Shown here: one piece after another, positions 12,765 through 25,035 of the stretch
Layout: each line of letters opens with the position of its first letter
Numbering within the stretch: position 1 is the stretch's first letter
DNA from: Felis catus
Lineage: Eukaryota
Assembly: GCF_018350175.1 (NCBI RefSeq)
Contig: NC_058368.1
Location: forward strand, 144,276,001 to 144,340,000
DNA length: 64,000 nucleotides
Reading direction: 5' to 3'
Program-made: the position numbers and the translations under genes
The notes under the pieces: model-generated
What the model was told of the DNA's origin: nothing
Database searches by the model: none
Seen by the model: the letters and a program-made list of their open reading frames with translations, nothing else

Positions 12765-12941
12765 CAGCTGTTTCTAAGCTTGTCTGCACCTTGCGGTCAC
12801 TTGGGAAGCTTCACAGATACTGATGTCTGTGTCCAGACCCCCACAAATTGTGATTTAATTGGTCTCCATTGTGGCCTGGGAGTTGGAGGGTTTGAAAGTT
12901 TCCCAGATGATTTCGAGATGCAGATAAATTTGGGGACTCTG
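12765..12941. mobile_element. MER5A-like hAT-Charlie DNA transposon
   Basis: cagctgtttctaagctt...gatttaattggtct...cccagatgatt...tttggggactctg resembles MER5A. Confidence 0.65.
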
Positions 12942-12942
12942 A

Positions 12943-13210
12943 CCTAGAACAGTGTCTGTCACTTAGTAGGAGCTAAGTAGGAGCTTAGTAGGAACTAACA
13001 TTCAGTAATGTTTATTGAATGAATGAATGCTGTTATTTATTTCACTTTTACTATGTACCACTATTTAGTACTCAAAATCATCTTCTGAGGTAGGTCCTTG
13101 AGCTGAGTAAACAAATTCAGAGTTTCAGTAACTTGTTCAATGATTCATAGCTGGTAGGGCCCAGATTTTAAAAGAGCATTGACTCCAGAGCCGAGCAGGC
13201 TCTTAACCAT
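12943..13210. mobile_element. L2 3' end followed by a MIR fragment
   Basis: ctagaacagtgtctgtcacttagtagg...tttattgaatgaatgaatg; MIR core motifs. Confidence 0.6.
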
Positions 13211-13697
13211 TCTGAACAGCTTCCTGAATAAATAGACCAGAACGAGTGTGGTGAGGTGTTAGAACTGCTGTGTGTCAGCTCTGTCAACTGAGTGAGTCAG
13301 TCTAGGAAGGCCTTGGGTCCCACGTCATGTCCCAGGTGCCCACCTCCCCATGCCATATTCTCACCTTTGAAATGGTAAACTCCCTCCTCACAGGGTTGCG
13401 GTAAGGAATACGATGAGACAGTAACCCTAACTACCACATTGAGCTCTTTATTACATAACAAGCGCTATGCTGGGGCCTTTATATACATGTGCTACACGGC
13501 CGCCTCGCTACTGGCTGCATTTTACGTTCAGCTTAGAAAGTAGTCTTCGGTAAAGATATCAGTGCTGGTGATGAGCTTTTTAGGACACTTACGTTGATAA
13601 TGGTTACCAAATCACTTCACTTTAATTTTTCTTCTTGAGCATAAAGACCTGCAGATGAGGGAACCTGGGTAAAGAAAACATGCCGCGAATGGAAGTA

Positions 13698-13884
13698 AAG
13701 TTGATCCTTGAACAGCACGGCTTTGAACTATGTAGGTCCACTTATATGTGGATTTTTTTCTGATGCAGTGCAGTGCTATCAGTGTGTTTTTCTTAACGAT
13801 TTTCTTAGCATTTTCTTTCCTATAGCTTACTTTATTATGAGAATACAGAATGTGATACATATATAAAATATATGTTAATCAGCT
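13698..13884 (+). mobile_element. Tigger2-like DNA transposon fragment
   Basis: agttgatccttgaacagcacggctttgaact...ccacttatatgtggatttttt terminal motif. Confidence 0.7.
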
Positions 13885-13894
13885 TCCCCCCCCT

Positions 13895-14142
13895 TTTATT
13901 TATTTTTTTGAGAAGCTGAAAGCCATTTTATTTTTTTATAATTTTTTTATTCAGGTATAATTAACATGCAGTGTTATATTGATTTCAGGTGTACAATATA
14001 CTGATTAAACAATTCTATACATTACTCAGTACTCATCATGATAAATCTGTTCTTAATTCCCTTCACGTCTTTCACCCATCCCCCCTCCCACCTCTCCTCT
14101 GGCAACCACCAATTTTTTCTCTGTATTTAAGAGTCTGTTTCT
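13895..14142 (-). mobile_element. Carnivore L1 3' end
   Basis: T-rich tail then tttcaggtgtacaatat...ctctggcaaccacc...taagagtctgttt. Confidence 0.85.
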
Positions 14143-14236
14143 TATAAATAGGTTATACTTTCTTATGTGTTGTGACCTATACTTTTTATTAGTTTTCTAA
14201 GTTTAGACAAGAAGATGCTTCATTATAGTTCTCTGG

Positions 14237-14284
14237 CTGCTGCTGCTGCTGCTTCTTCTTCTTCTTCTTCTTCTTCTTCTTCTT
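14237..14284 (+). repeat. (CTG)5(CTT)11 compound microsatellite
   Basis: counted directly. Confidence 0.95.
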
Positions 14285-14289
14285 TTGGG

Positions 14290-14517
14290 GGGGGGGTGTT
14301 CATTTATTTATTTAATTTTTTAAATGTTTATTTATTATTGAGAGACAGAGCATGAGCATGGGAGGGGCAGAGAGAGGGGGAGACACAGAATCTGAAACAG
14401 GCTCCAGGCTCTAAGCTGTCAGCACAGAGCCTGACACAGGGCTCGAACTCACAAACCGCAAGATCATGACCTGAGCCGAAGTCCGACGCTTAACCGACTG
14501 AGCCCCCTGGGCTCCCC
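14290..14517 (-). mobile_element. Can-SINE
   Basis: reverse-complement SINE, adjacent to the next one. Confidence 0.9.
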
Positions 14518-14716
14518 TTTTATGTTTATTTTTGAGAGAAAGAGAAAACACAAGCAGAAGATGGGCAGAGAGAGAGAGGGAGACACAGAATCCGAAGCAG
14601 GCTCCAGGCTCTGAGCTGTCAGCACAGAGCCCAACGTGGGGCTTGAACCCACGAACTGTGAGATCGTGACTTGAGCCGAAGTTGGACACTTAACCGACTG
14701 AGCCACCCAGGTGGCC
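14518..14716 (-). mobile_element. Can-SINE
   Basis: reverse-complement SINE ending gagccacccaggtggcc. Confidence 0.9.
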
Positions 14717-16441
14717 CTCTGGCTTCTTCTTATAAATGAATGTCACATTGGCAAGTCATTAGTCCTAAAACCTTTTAATATTAAATTATGTTGAATTCAT
14801 GTTTTGAGGTTCGATCTCTGAATTTCTTCTGCTTCTTTGAATTGATACGATCTTGTCAATTTTTTATATATACACCATAGGCACTTGGTTGGTTTTGTCA
14901 AAAAACTTTGAAACATAAATTGTTTGTTAATATTGATAGAGAGGGGAAAAGAAAACTTTGGAAAGTATGGGATGAGTCTCTAAAATGTTGTCTTAGGCAA
15001 AATATTAATTTTGAAGGCAGATTTGTTCATTTTAAAAGAAGGATTGAAGATTTGGTAGCTTACTGTAAATTTGAATATATTAAACAAAAACAAGTTGTGG
15101 ATTTCCTTTTTGGATAACTCTTCTGCCTGCACCTTAAATGTTGATGTCACCCAGGGCTCTCTCCTGAGATCTCTTCTTACTTTCAGCCCTGCTTGAGATC
15201 TTATCTGGGGTCATGGTTTCTGTAGCTCACATAATGATGACTTTGTCACATTATTTCCAGCAGCTCCATATTCACACATCTAGGACATCTCTGCCTCAGA
15301 AAACATTCAGTTTGAATGCTGAATGAAACAGATTGGAAACAAAGCATTTCCTTCAGTGAGACAGTGATTTCCATGAGGCAAAATCTGAGAAATCATTTCC
15401 TTCCCTTCTAGTGGATGGATTATTTTGTTCAACAGTGAAGATACTGGATTTTTGGCAAGTGGTAGTATTATATCATTTTGCCTTTTTGTAAAGTCACTTT
15501 TTATGAAAGGCAGTCAGATGAAAGGCTTTTTATGAAAGGCTTTTTGTTTATTGAGGAAACTGAGCATCTCCATGCCTCTGGCCTTGCCCTTCTCTGTTTC
15601 TGCTCTGCACTACCGATGGATTACTTTTAAAAGTGCATATCTGATGATGCTGTTCCCTACTGTTTACAGTTCCTACAATACACTGAGGTGTCATTTTATT
15701 TCTGGACCTTTGTACAGTCTGTTTCCTTTTTCTAAAGTGGAAACTTGTAGTCATCTTTGTTTCCCTTCTAGTTTGCTGCCTGCTTCTTCAAAGCATCCTT
15801 TGCTATTTTCTCATCTTCTAGGTATTATTTCAATGTTGGCGTTTCAGAGGCCTGACCCTTAGGAGCTGAGCTTTCTTCCTTCCCTAAACCTTCTGAACCT
15901 AAACCCCTAAACCTCCCCTCACAACCTCTTCTCACTATCTCCTACCCCTACCCCTGTGAACATTTCTCTTCCCATGACTGTAATTGTCAAAATGTCAGTG
16001 ATTCCCAGATTTCTCTCTCTCCTATTCTCCAGGCTTATATATTCAGCTTAGACTCATAAACACGTCGGTGCATCACAGAAACTTAATGTATTCAACCCTG
16101 TTCCTCCTCCTGGTTTCTCCATTCCAGGAACCAGCACTTACACTGAATGAGTTACTTAGACCAAAAATGGAAGTTATCCTGGACATTTCCTTTCTGACGG
16201 CCATGTCCAATCTAATACTAAGCCCTGTTGCCTTTAGCTCTAAAATATGTCTAGAGTCTGTGTATGTCTTGCCATCTCCACTGCCATCAGCCTGGTCGAA
16301 AGTATACCAGTTCTCACTTGGACAGCTGCAGTATCCTCCTAACTGATCTCTTTTTCAGTATAAAGACTGAATCATGCCACTCCCCTGCTTTAAACTCTTC
16401 ATTGGCTTTCCACTTGCTTCAAATAAAATTAAAATTCTTTA

Positions 16442-16600
16442 GGGGCACATGGGTGACTCGGTTACTTAGGCATCTGGCTCTTGGGTCCAGCTCTGCTCGT
16501 CATCTATGGTTCGTGGGATCGAGCCCCACATTGGTCTCCACGCTGACAACACAGAACCTGCTTGGGATTCTCTCACTTCTTTCCCTCTCTCTTTTCTCCT

Positions 16601-16635
<35 letters not shown>

Positions 16636-16685
16636 GTCTGTCTTCTACTTGAACTCTCTCTCAAAATAAATAAACTTAAAAAAAG
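16442..16685 (+). mobile_element. Can-SINE with long (CT)n
   Basis: TSD ttaaaattctt. Confidence 0.9.
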
Positions 16686-16696
16686 TTAAAATTCTT

Positions 16697-16903
16697 GGGG
16701 CACCTGGGTGACTCAGTCGGTTAATGTCTGATGCTTGGTTTTGGCTCAGGTTGTGATCTCACAGTTTCTTGGGTTTGAGACCCCCATCAGGCTCTGTGCT
16801 GACAGCGCGGGTCCTGCTTGGGATTCTCTTGCTCTTCCTGTCTCTCTGCCCCTTCTTCACTTGCGCTGTCTCTGTCTCTTTCAAAATGAATAAACTTAAA
16901 AAA
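16697..16903 (+). mobile_element. Can-SINE in tandem with the previous one
   Basis: flanked by aaaattctt copies. Confidence 0.9.
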
Positions 16904-17462
16904 AAAATTCTTTAGCATGGCTCTTCCCTGCATTCACACATTCATCATCTTCTGGTCACTCTGGCCTTTTGGTTTCTGAGCTTCTAAAAGTTTTTTCTCA
17001 TTCTGTGGTCTTTGCATTTGCTGGGCTCTCTACATAGAGTGTTTTTATTTTTCTCTTTAATCCTCAAATGACTGATTCCTTTTAAGCCTCACCTTTAAAG
17101 TGTCATTCTTCAGAGGTTTTCTCTGACCACCTAATCTAAATTGTGTTTCCTGTGTCATTCTTCGGTAGCATATAGGACTATGTATCATGGTTGATATTTG
17201 TTTTTTCTGTTTATTTAATATCTAGCTCTTACTAAATTGTGTGACAAGCATTTGATAAATATTTATTAAGTGAATTATTAAAATAGTGAGTCATTCAAGA
17301 CCAAACTCAGCTCCTTTGGAAAGTCCTCCTTTTCCTCCTTTCTTCCTCTGTAGAAAGTTAATTGGTCTCAATTTTGTCCAGCCCCTACCCCTTCATCACT
17401 AACCGATACAGAATGCATGGGGGGCTCATAGTGCTTTGAATTTATAGATGATCAAGAAATTA

Positions 17463-17581
17463 TGAACAAATGAATCCATTTGAAAATGAATCCATTTGAA
17501 AATCATAGGGTGAAAATGTTGTGACATTTTGACAATGTCAAATCCATTTGAACAAATGAATCCATTTGAAAATCATAGGGT
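17463..17581 (+). repeat. Complex local duplication with an inverted-repeat insert
   Basis: aatccatttgaa occurs four times; 33-bp unit duplicated. Confidence 0.9.
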
Positions 17582-18044
17582 TCTCATTAGACTTTGCAAA
17601 TAAAGGCACACCTATGTGAGAGAAGTTTCTTTTTCTAAGAAAAACAACTTGATTTTAAAAGAACCTTAGAAGCAGGTTTCCTTCATAGGATTCCTTGTTT
17701 TCGTGCAACAATCGCTTAATTAGGTCTGAAAACATTAACACTTAACAGTGGAAAATATGGTTTGCCCACATCTTGCATTCTTGTCAATTGTCAGTGGAAT
17801 TAGAGTAAATAGAAGTTCCTTGGTGAAAGTCAAGTGACTCAGTAAGGAAGCCAGGTTGGGTGATGGGAAGGGGCCATCTTCCCACCTTTGGCACAGTTGG
17901 TTTTAAGTATCGTGACTCATAACTCTGACCACGTCTAAATAGGAATTTTTTTGTGTAGAGTTATTTGGGTGCACTCTAATTTTCCTTTGGTTCTTTAAGG
18001 CCATACCTGTGGAATTTGAATTCCATAATGGATGATTTAGATAG

Positions 18045-18451
18045 TGTATTAGTTTGCTAGGGTTAACAAAGTATCACAAAGTGAGTAGCATCAACAACAC
18101 ACATTTGTCTCACAGTTCTTTCTGAGGCCTCTGAGGGAGAAGCTGTTCCATACCTGTGTCCTGGCTTTTGGTGGTTTGCTGGCGATCTTTGGTGTCATTT
18201 GGCTAGTAGATGCACCTCTTTTCTGTCTGCCTTCACATTCACAGGGTGTGAATGTGCTTATCTCTTCACATGACATTCTTTGAGTAAGGATGCAATCTTA
18301 CTGGATTAGGGGCCTACCATATTCCAGTATGACCTCATGTTAACTAATTACATCTACAGTTACCCTATTTCTAACTAAGGTTACATTGCGAGGCACTGGT
18401 GATTAGGTCTTCAATGTGTATTTTTTTGTTGACACAATTTAGCCCATTACA
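18045..18451 (-). mobile_element. MaLR solo LTR (MLT1-like)
   Basis: tgtattagtttgctaggg...gacacaatttagcccattaca, TG...CA ends, near-TSD gatag/ggtag. Confidence 0.85.
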
Positions 18452-18999
18452 GGTAGGCTCAGTAATTTCATATCTTTCCTCCTTTGGGCACAAGCAGATT
18501 GAATATATTCATCTCTTGAATGGAAACAAGTGTTTTGATTCTCATTTAAATATATTGCACATGTATTCAACATCTGAAGTGACATTGTAAAGAACCATCG
18601 AATTTTGTAAGTTGCAAACATTGTGCACTTTTGTGCCTGCAGTACAGTACTCTGGAAAATCATTCATCTAGCTTATCTTTGAAAAACATTCTATTCTGCG
18701 TCTATCCAGGTGAAGGTATTTACACAAAATGTTAGATTGATTTAGGGATCAGAAAAAGACATTTATATGTGAAAAAAAAATAAGGGAAATGTTTGGGTAG
18801 AAAGGAACAGAGGTCCAAATCTAGGGGTTGAGGAGAGAAGGGTAGCCAAGGTGGGAAGGGAGAGATCTGAGGGCTAAGAGGTAAGATGTGTTACTCTGTC
18901 AGGGGGTCTTGTGTGGGAGTGGAAATAAGATGGCAGGGCAGGAAACTTAACGTCTGACTGTGTTGTGTTATTTTAGTCTGTGATATGTCTATTCTTTCA

Positions 19000-19310
19000 G
19001 ACAGTTATTCCATCATTTTATAGAGGTGTAAAACTGAGACTCAGGTTAATTATCCAAGATCATCCAGGTAGCACATAGGGCTCATCTAGAATCATACTTC
19101 AGGAGTTATTGAGACTTTACCTTCAGTTCTGATGCCCTCACTCAGTTGTGTCACTTTGTACAAGTTATGAATTTTCATATACCTCTGTTTCTTCACCTGT
19201 AAAATGGGAATTATAATACCTTCCTCACTCACAGTGTTGTTGTGAGGACCAAATGAGACAGTATATGTAAAGAATTCCTGTGGTTCTTAGCATCAGTTAT
19301 GTGGTTAAGA
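19000..19310. mobile_element. Two MIR fragments in opposite orientation
   Basis: cattttatagaggtgtaaaactgagactcag and ctctgtttcttcacctgtaaaatgggaattataatacc cores. Confidence 0.7.
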
Positions 19311-19902
19311 AAATAGCTGTTGTCTTTAGAATTGGTTATAATTTATAACCAAAAAACTGGAGGCAACCTAGCTATTAGTAGGGGAATAGAAAAATAAATT
19401 GTAACCAGTCTTACATTAGAATAATGATGCAGCGGTTAAAATAAAGACAGTCATATGATGACCCAGCTGGAGGCTTCCAGGGATGACAGGGCAGAGGCTG
19501 TGCGCTGTTGTCAGCTGTCTAGCATCTGTCTGGTTGGTTCTGTATCTGGTTCTTGCCTGTGTTTTACCTTTGCTTGTAGTTACAGTCAGGATTGTGAGGA
19601 GAGTTTGCAAGGAGCACTGGTGAGTAAGTCGTGTCTTTATCAGTCCCCTCTCAGAATGGTGCCACCATTGGTAATTGAGCTCTTTCGTTTTATGTGGCTG
19701 GGCTTGGATCACAGCCTTTCTCTTTTACTTAGTGCTCTGAACCTGAGGCCTGGGAACTTAGGAAGCTCAGTCTCATGTTCTGACTGAGTACACGTTAATG
19801 TGTTTGTTAACACTAAAGGTAGTACATTGGGTGGAGAAACTAAGTGCTTAACAGCAGCAACAAAAAACACCACACGGTTTGATAGTTCTAACAGTGGAAA
19901 TT

Positions 19903-20118
19903 TTTATTATTATTTTTTTAATGTTTATTTTTGGAGAGAGAGAGACAGAGTGTGAGTGGAGGAAGGGGCAGAGAGAGAGGGAGACGCAGAATCTGAAGCA
20001 GGATCCAGGTTCTGAGCTGTCAGCACAGAGCCCGACACAGGGCTTGAATCCATGAACCGCAAGATCATGACCTGAGCCGAAGTCGGACACTTAACCGACT
20101 GAGCCACCCAGGCACCCC
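19903..20118 (-). mobile_element. Can-SINE
   Basis: TSD taacagtggaaatt. Confidence 0.93.
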
Positions 20119-21425
20119 TAACAGTGGAAATTGGTTTCTTCTTTATCTTTGCATAAACAAACCGTGGCCTTTCCCTGGGTGGGCTGGATTGAGGGTGGGC
20201 TGGAACTCTTTACATAGGCATTTAGGAACTACACAGCCTATTCAGTCTTAAACATGTGATTTCTGAGGTCAACGTGGGTATTGACATCCAGCCAGAGGAA
20301 GGGGACAGGGTATGGAGGACATATTTTTGGTTCACCAAGTCTCGCGGTGAGTGGTAAATTTCTGCTCACATGTCATTGGGTAGAACTCATTCTAATGGAA
20401 TCAGAATGATACCCCTTAACTGCAAGGCAAGTTAACAGATGTTTGTCAAGGACAAAGAAGACATGTTTGATGACTGCCTAGCAGTCTATTGCCAGAGATG
20501 GGCTATCCTTTTTTTACCTGTGTATAGTTGTATTTCAACTGTGTAGTACTCTTATTTAAAAACATTTTAATGATTAACTTATTTAAATTTCTAAATAGGC
20601 AATACCTTCACATAGTTGCAGAGTTTAAAAATGTAAGAAGATAATATAGTGAAGTATTTGTCTTTCATCTCTGCCCCACATCTGTCCAGTTCCTATTGGA
20701 TAATCATGGTGGTTATTTTCTTGTCTATCTTTCCAGAGACTTTTTGTTTTAAAAGCAAATAAATAAATATGAATATGTATATTCCTGCCTCCCTTTTTCT
20801 ACGTGGATGGGGGTGTAATATACACAGAACTCTTTGCTTCTTTCCCTTAGTGATATAAGATAGTTATTTTAAATTTTGTGTTAGTCTTTCTCCATTACAA
20901 GATGTTGTTCCTACTCTTAAGGAGTTTCTAATCTAATTTGGTCAAGGTCTAATCTAGTGAGGAGGATATGCAGGTAGGGAAAGCTTTTGTACCTAAGATA
21001 AAATACTTATCTGGTACACACTGTACAGTTCAATGCTATAATTAGAGCAAATGAAGAATCCTTTTTTAATTCGAATTAGATTTTTAGAGAACTTCATAAG
21101 AGAATTAAGTGTACTAAGTTTATTCTTGGCATTTAAATCACATAAACCATTGAAATTAGCAAAACTGAAAATTGTCAGTATTAGGAAATAGGTCTCTGAC
21201 TATTGGCTACATTTTTGTGTAATTATCGAAAGCACTAAGTACATTCTAGTGATAGTTAATTCTCTTGAATAATTAAATGACTTTTATTTTGGTAAACTCA
21301 TATGTTTAGAGTATTAACGGTGTTTTTCTAATTCATGGCTCTGGCCTAAATGATAAAGTAATAAAATGTTATGTATTTCCTTCATTTACCATTTAATTTA
21401 TATTAACAAAACTAAATGCCATTTT

Positions 21426-21470
21426 TTAAATGTTTATTCATTTTTATGAGTGATGGGGGGGAAGAGGGAG

Positions 21471-21511
<41 letters not shown>

Positions 21512-21640
21512 ACAGAGGATGTGACGCAGGCTCTGCACTGACAGCAGAGAGCCTTATGCAGGACTTGAACCCATGAACTGTGAGATCGTGACCTGAGCCC
21601 AAGCCAGATGTTCAAGTGACTGAGGCACCCAGGCGCCCCC
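21426..21640 (-). mobile_element. Can-SINE with (GA)n
   Basis: TSD aaat(g/a)ccatttt. Confidence 0.9.
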
Positions 21641-22699
21641 AAATACCATTTTAAACTCTCTAGAACTTGTTGCACTGAACTGCATTATGAGGCCCAGTTT
21701 ATTCTTTGTGATTTCCCATTTTCCATGACCCTGCCAACACAGCATTCAGCTTTGGTGACTGTGAATTTCCTCAGCCCAGTGAGACACACAGTACTGCTCA
21801 TAAATGGAAAGGAAGATTAGTAGGTGGTGCATAGCTGAGAGCTGAGATTGATTGGTGTTGACCCCTGCGTCTTTGCCTTTGCTATGTGACTGTATGAGCA
21901 GAAAGTGGTGCTACCAAGAAAAAAGTGATGAATGTCTGCCCTGACTTAGTGCATATAGAGGAACTAGTGTCTCTTGGGATGCTTATCTTGGGAGCCTGTA
22001 GCTGGTCTCTGCTTTGTTGTGTAGTAATAGGCCTCCATGGAAGTCTAAACTGGTTCATGTGACCAGCAGTAAATGGAAATTTTCATTTGTGCTGAGGAAG
22101 AGACGTACAGGAGAGAAGGAGGAGGAAGAATTGGAGATCTTTTCCTTCTTGGCTCTTCCAGCTTTATTTTTCTCTCTTTGTGCCTTTACTAGGAGGGATT
22201 TTCAGAGTATATCCCCTCAAAATGTTGTGGGAGGACTTCATTTCCTGTGGCTGTAATGTCATAAACATTGCAGAGCTTTTTAAATAATAATAACAACAAC
22301 AATAATAATAATGGGAAAACCTAAGGGAAGAGATTGAAGAAGGAGCTAGAAATGGAAGTGAGTTGACTTTGCTGCTGCCATTGTCCCCCAGCCTCTGCAG
22401 GTGTTGGTAATCAAAAGGATTGGGTTTTTAAGAGCCTTGTGGGAAACTGCAGGGAAGGCCTTGTGTCAGTCTTAAGTTAGGGAGGCCAGAGTAATGTGAG
22501 ACCCTCAAAGGATCATAATCTCACTGAAGAGAGGGGACAAAGAAATATGTCTGTCTTGGCCTAGTCTTTACAAAGGGAAAATTTTCCAAGAATTCTTAAC
22601 CCAGGTCCACCCTCACTCAGGTTTGCTATTCCAATTTGTACTATCTGTGTGGTCTGGCAATTCCCAACTTGTGAAAGTTGTTTTAAATGGTCCCATGCT

Positions 22700-22913
22700 G
22701 GGACTCCTGAGTGGCTCAGTCTTTTGAGCATCCAACTCTTGATTTTGGCTCAGGTCATGATCCCAACATCATGGGATCAAGCCCCACATTGGTCTTCACA
22801 TTGAGCATGGAGCCCACTTAAGATTCTTTCTCTCTCTCCCTCTCTCTGTCTCTCTCTCCCTCTGCCTCTCTTCCTGCTGTCTCTCTCTCTCTAAAGACAA
22901 AAGAAAAAAAAAA
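22700..22913 (+). mobile_element. Can-SINE
   Basis: SINE body and A tail; TSD-like aaatg(g/a)tccca. Confidence 0.88.
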
Positions 22914-22929
22914 ATGATCCCACACCTCA

Positions 22930-24320
22930 GGGTTCCTAGCAGAAGCAAATGCAAAGCTTCCCTGAAGGGATACACTCTCAGTCCAGGCTTCCTCGGAATC
23001 CCAAAAAGAAAGCTCTATGATAAGCTCAGAAGCCACAATTACAACAGTCACGGGGAAACAAGTAACCATGGCTGTGAGCAGAAATTATAAACAGCAGAAT
23101 TAGAATCCAAGATATTCAGATAATGAGATTATGAAAGATAAACATCAAACTACCAAGTTGAAAGAAATACAAAAGAAAATGAAAAGTATGAGCACAGAAC
23201 AAAAATGCCATCAAAGGAGAGTAGGTTGTTTTTTTAAGAAGAACCGCATACAACTTTTAGAAACAGCAGATGGGTTAAACAGGAATAGATGCATTTTAGT
23301 TAAAATGCAGGGTAGTATCTGAAAAACTTACCTGGCATGTAGCACAGAGAGACAGTATGATAAAATGTACAAGAGATTGAAAGAGAATTAGGTGGTCTAA
23401 CATAATCCTCATTAGCTTTCCAGAGGAAAATTGGAATAGGGAGAGAGACATTATGCAAAGAGATTGTCCTTTGACAATTCTTTATTAGGATGAGAATTTC
23501 TTATATTTCATGCAAGATATAGATGCTTAGGTTTTGAAAGCACATGGACCCAAAGTGCATTTGAGAACACAAAAAACCCACATTTCAATAGGTCACACTG
23601 AAACTATGACACTAAAATCAAATGTGAAAATATTAGAGCAGAGAGCAAAGAAAGACCACTTGTAATGCCCTAAAAATTATATAACTGATTTGATTTCTAA
23701 TTTCTGTGCTTCATTTGCTTACTTTCAGTGATTTCTTTTGGATTTGTTGAATTTTTTTTTTTCATTTATTACCACCCATTCCCTGCCCAAAGCTCCGTGG
23801 TTTGTATTGCCTTTTCCTGTTGTCTCTTGTTTCTGTTGATTCTTACTCATCTAGTTGCTTTTTATACTTGATTATCTTTGTGCACTGGTTCTATTCTTTG
23901 AACATTTATTTTAAGAATAATGTGAAGGCTAGGATGAAGGTGGCTTTTCTTCTTGTTTGCTTCTGCCAGGTTCTTGGTGGCATGGCCAGTCTGGGACCAT
24001 CTTAATTTGAGTTCAGTGTTTGATATGTTCTAGTCCATCCAAATGATGCTAACGGAGGCTGTGAGTTCATCTTTACTATGAAGCCAGTTCACTTTCTGAC
24101 AGAATCTTCTGGTATATCTCTTTAGTACAAAAGTGGCTTTGACTGCTGGATTACTTCTCTGGGTTCTTGTTTTTTTTAGATTTTGGTGTAGTTATTCCTT
24201 ACCATTTTGTTAGTTCTTTGATACTTTTATGAACATGCTTTTTATGTTTCATGTGGCTTTTTAAATTGTCCTCATTAGAAGGATGGTCTGAAAGTACTGG
24301 TTCCCACCATTACCAAAAGC
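22930..24320. mobile_element. Ancient L1 relics (A-rich + strand piece then T-rich - strand piece)
   Basis: compositional switch and degenerate L1 ORF1-like text. Confidence 0.5.
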
Positions 24321-24599
24321 AAAAATCATATTATGCTCTTTTCAGAGACTCAAGTTTATGTCTTAAATTGGTAATGGAAGGTAGCTGTCAGAGAATTGCT
24401 CTGCTTAATATTCTGAAAAGAGTGAACTGTGGTCTGTTACTAAAATGATGCATCATTAGAACAGGAGTAATAGAAATCCTTAAAAGCTTGTTGGGTGATT
24501 TATAATTTGCAACAGGGTACATATTCACAATAGCACTTTAGAATGTAATTTCATAAGTAAAATAAAAACTTACTTTCGTGGTGTGTAAGGTTCTGAGCC

Positions 24600-25035
24600 T
24601 GATGTTTGTGGATGACTCATACTCCATCTCTTCACATGTTCCTTCTTCCCTCTCCTTCCCTGCCTTATCTATCACAACTCCTGCTAGTTTGACCTCTTTA
24701 ATGTCTCTTAAAATATGTGCCTTTTCATCCCTCTGTTCTCTACCCAAGTTCAGATCATCAAAATCACTCCCCTGGATTACTGAAACAGCCCTCCTGCCAC
24801 CATCCTTATGTCCTTTCACACATTAACCGTTGGCTCTCATTGTTCTCAGGATAAAGTCAAAGCTCCTGTGTGGCCCGTGCCCCTCACATGACCATTCGCT
24901 ACCTAGCTGCCTAGCTGCTGCTGTCACACTCTCACACTGTCACCGTCCATCTTCCTGTACATCTGCCTGTGCTCCTTCTACAACTGGCACTTTTGTAAGC
25001 ACACAGTAATTGTTCATTAAGTGAAGGACTGAATG
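24600..25035 (+). mobile_element. L2 relic
   Basis: ctcattgttctcaggataaagtcaaagctcct and 3' end-like motif. Confidence 0.55.

Larger units (their letters stand above)
15850..17275 (+). mobile_element. L2 relic interrupted by two SINEs
   Basis: pyrimidine-rich L2-like body, ending gataaatatttattaagtgaat. Confidence 0.6.

Noticed and set aside
23325..23340. acttacctggca resembling the U1 snRNA 5' end (also near 4329)
   Set aside because: The match is only 10-12 nt and the rest of U1 is absent.
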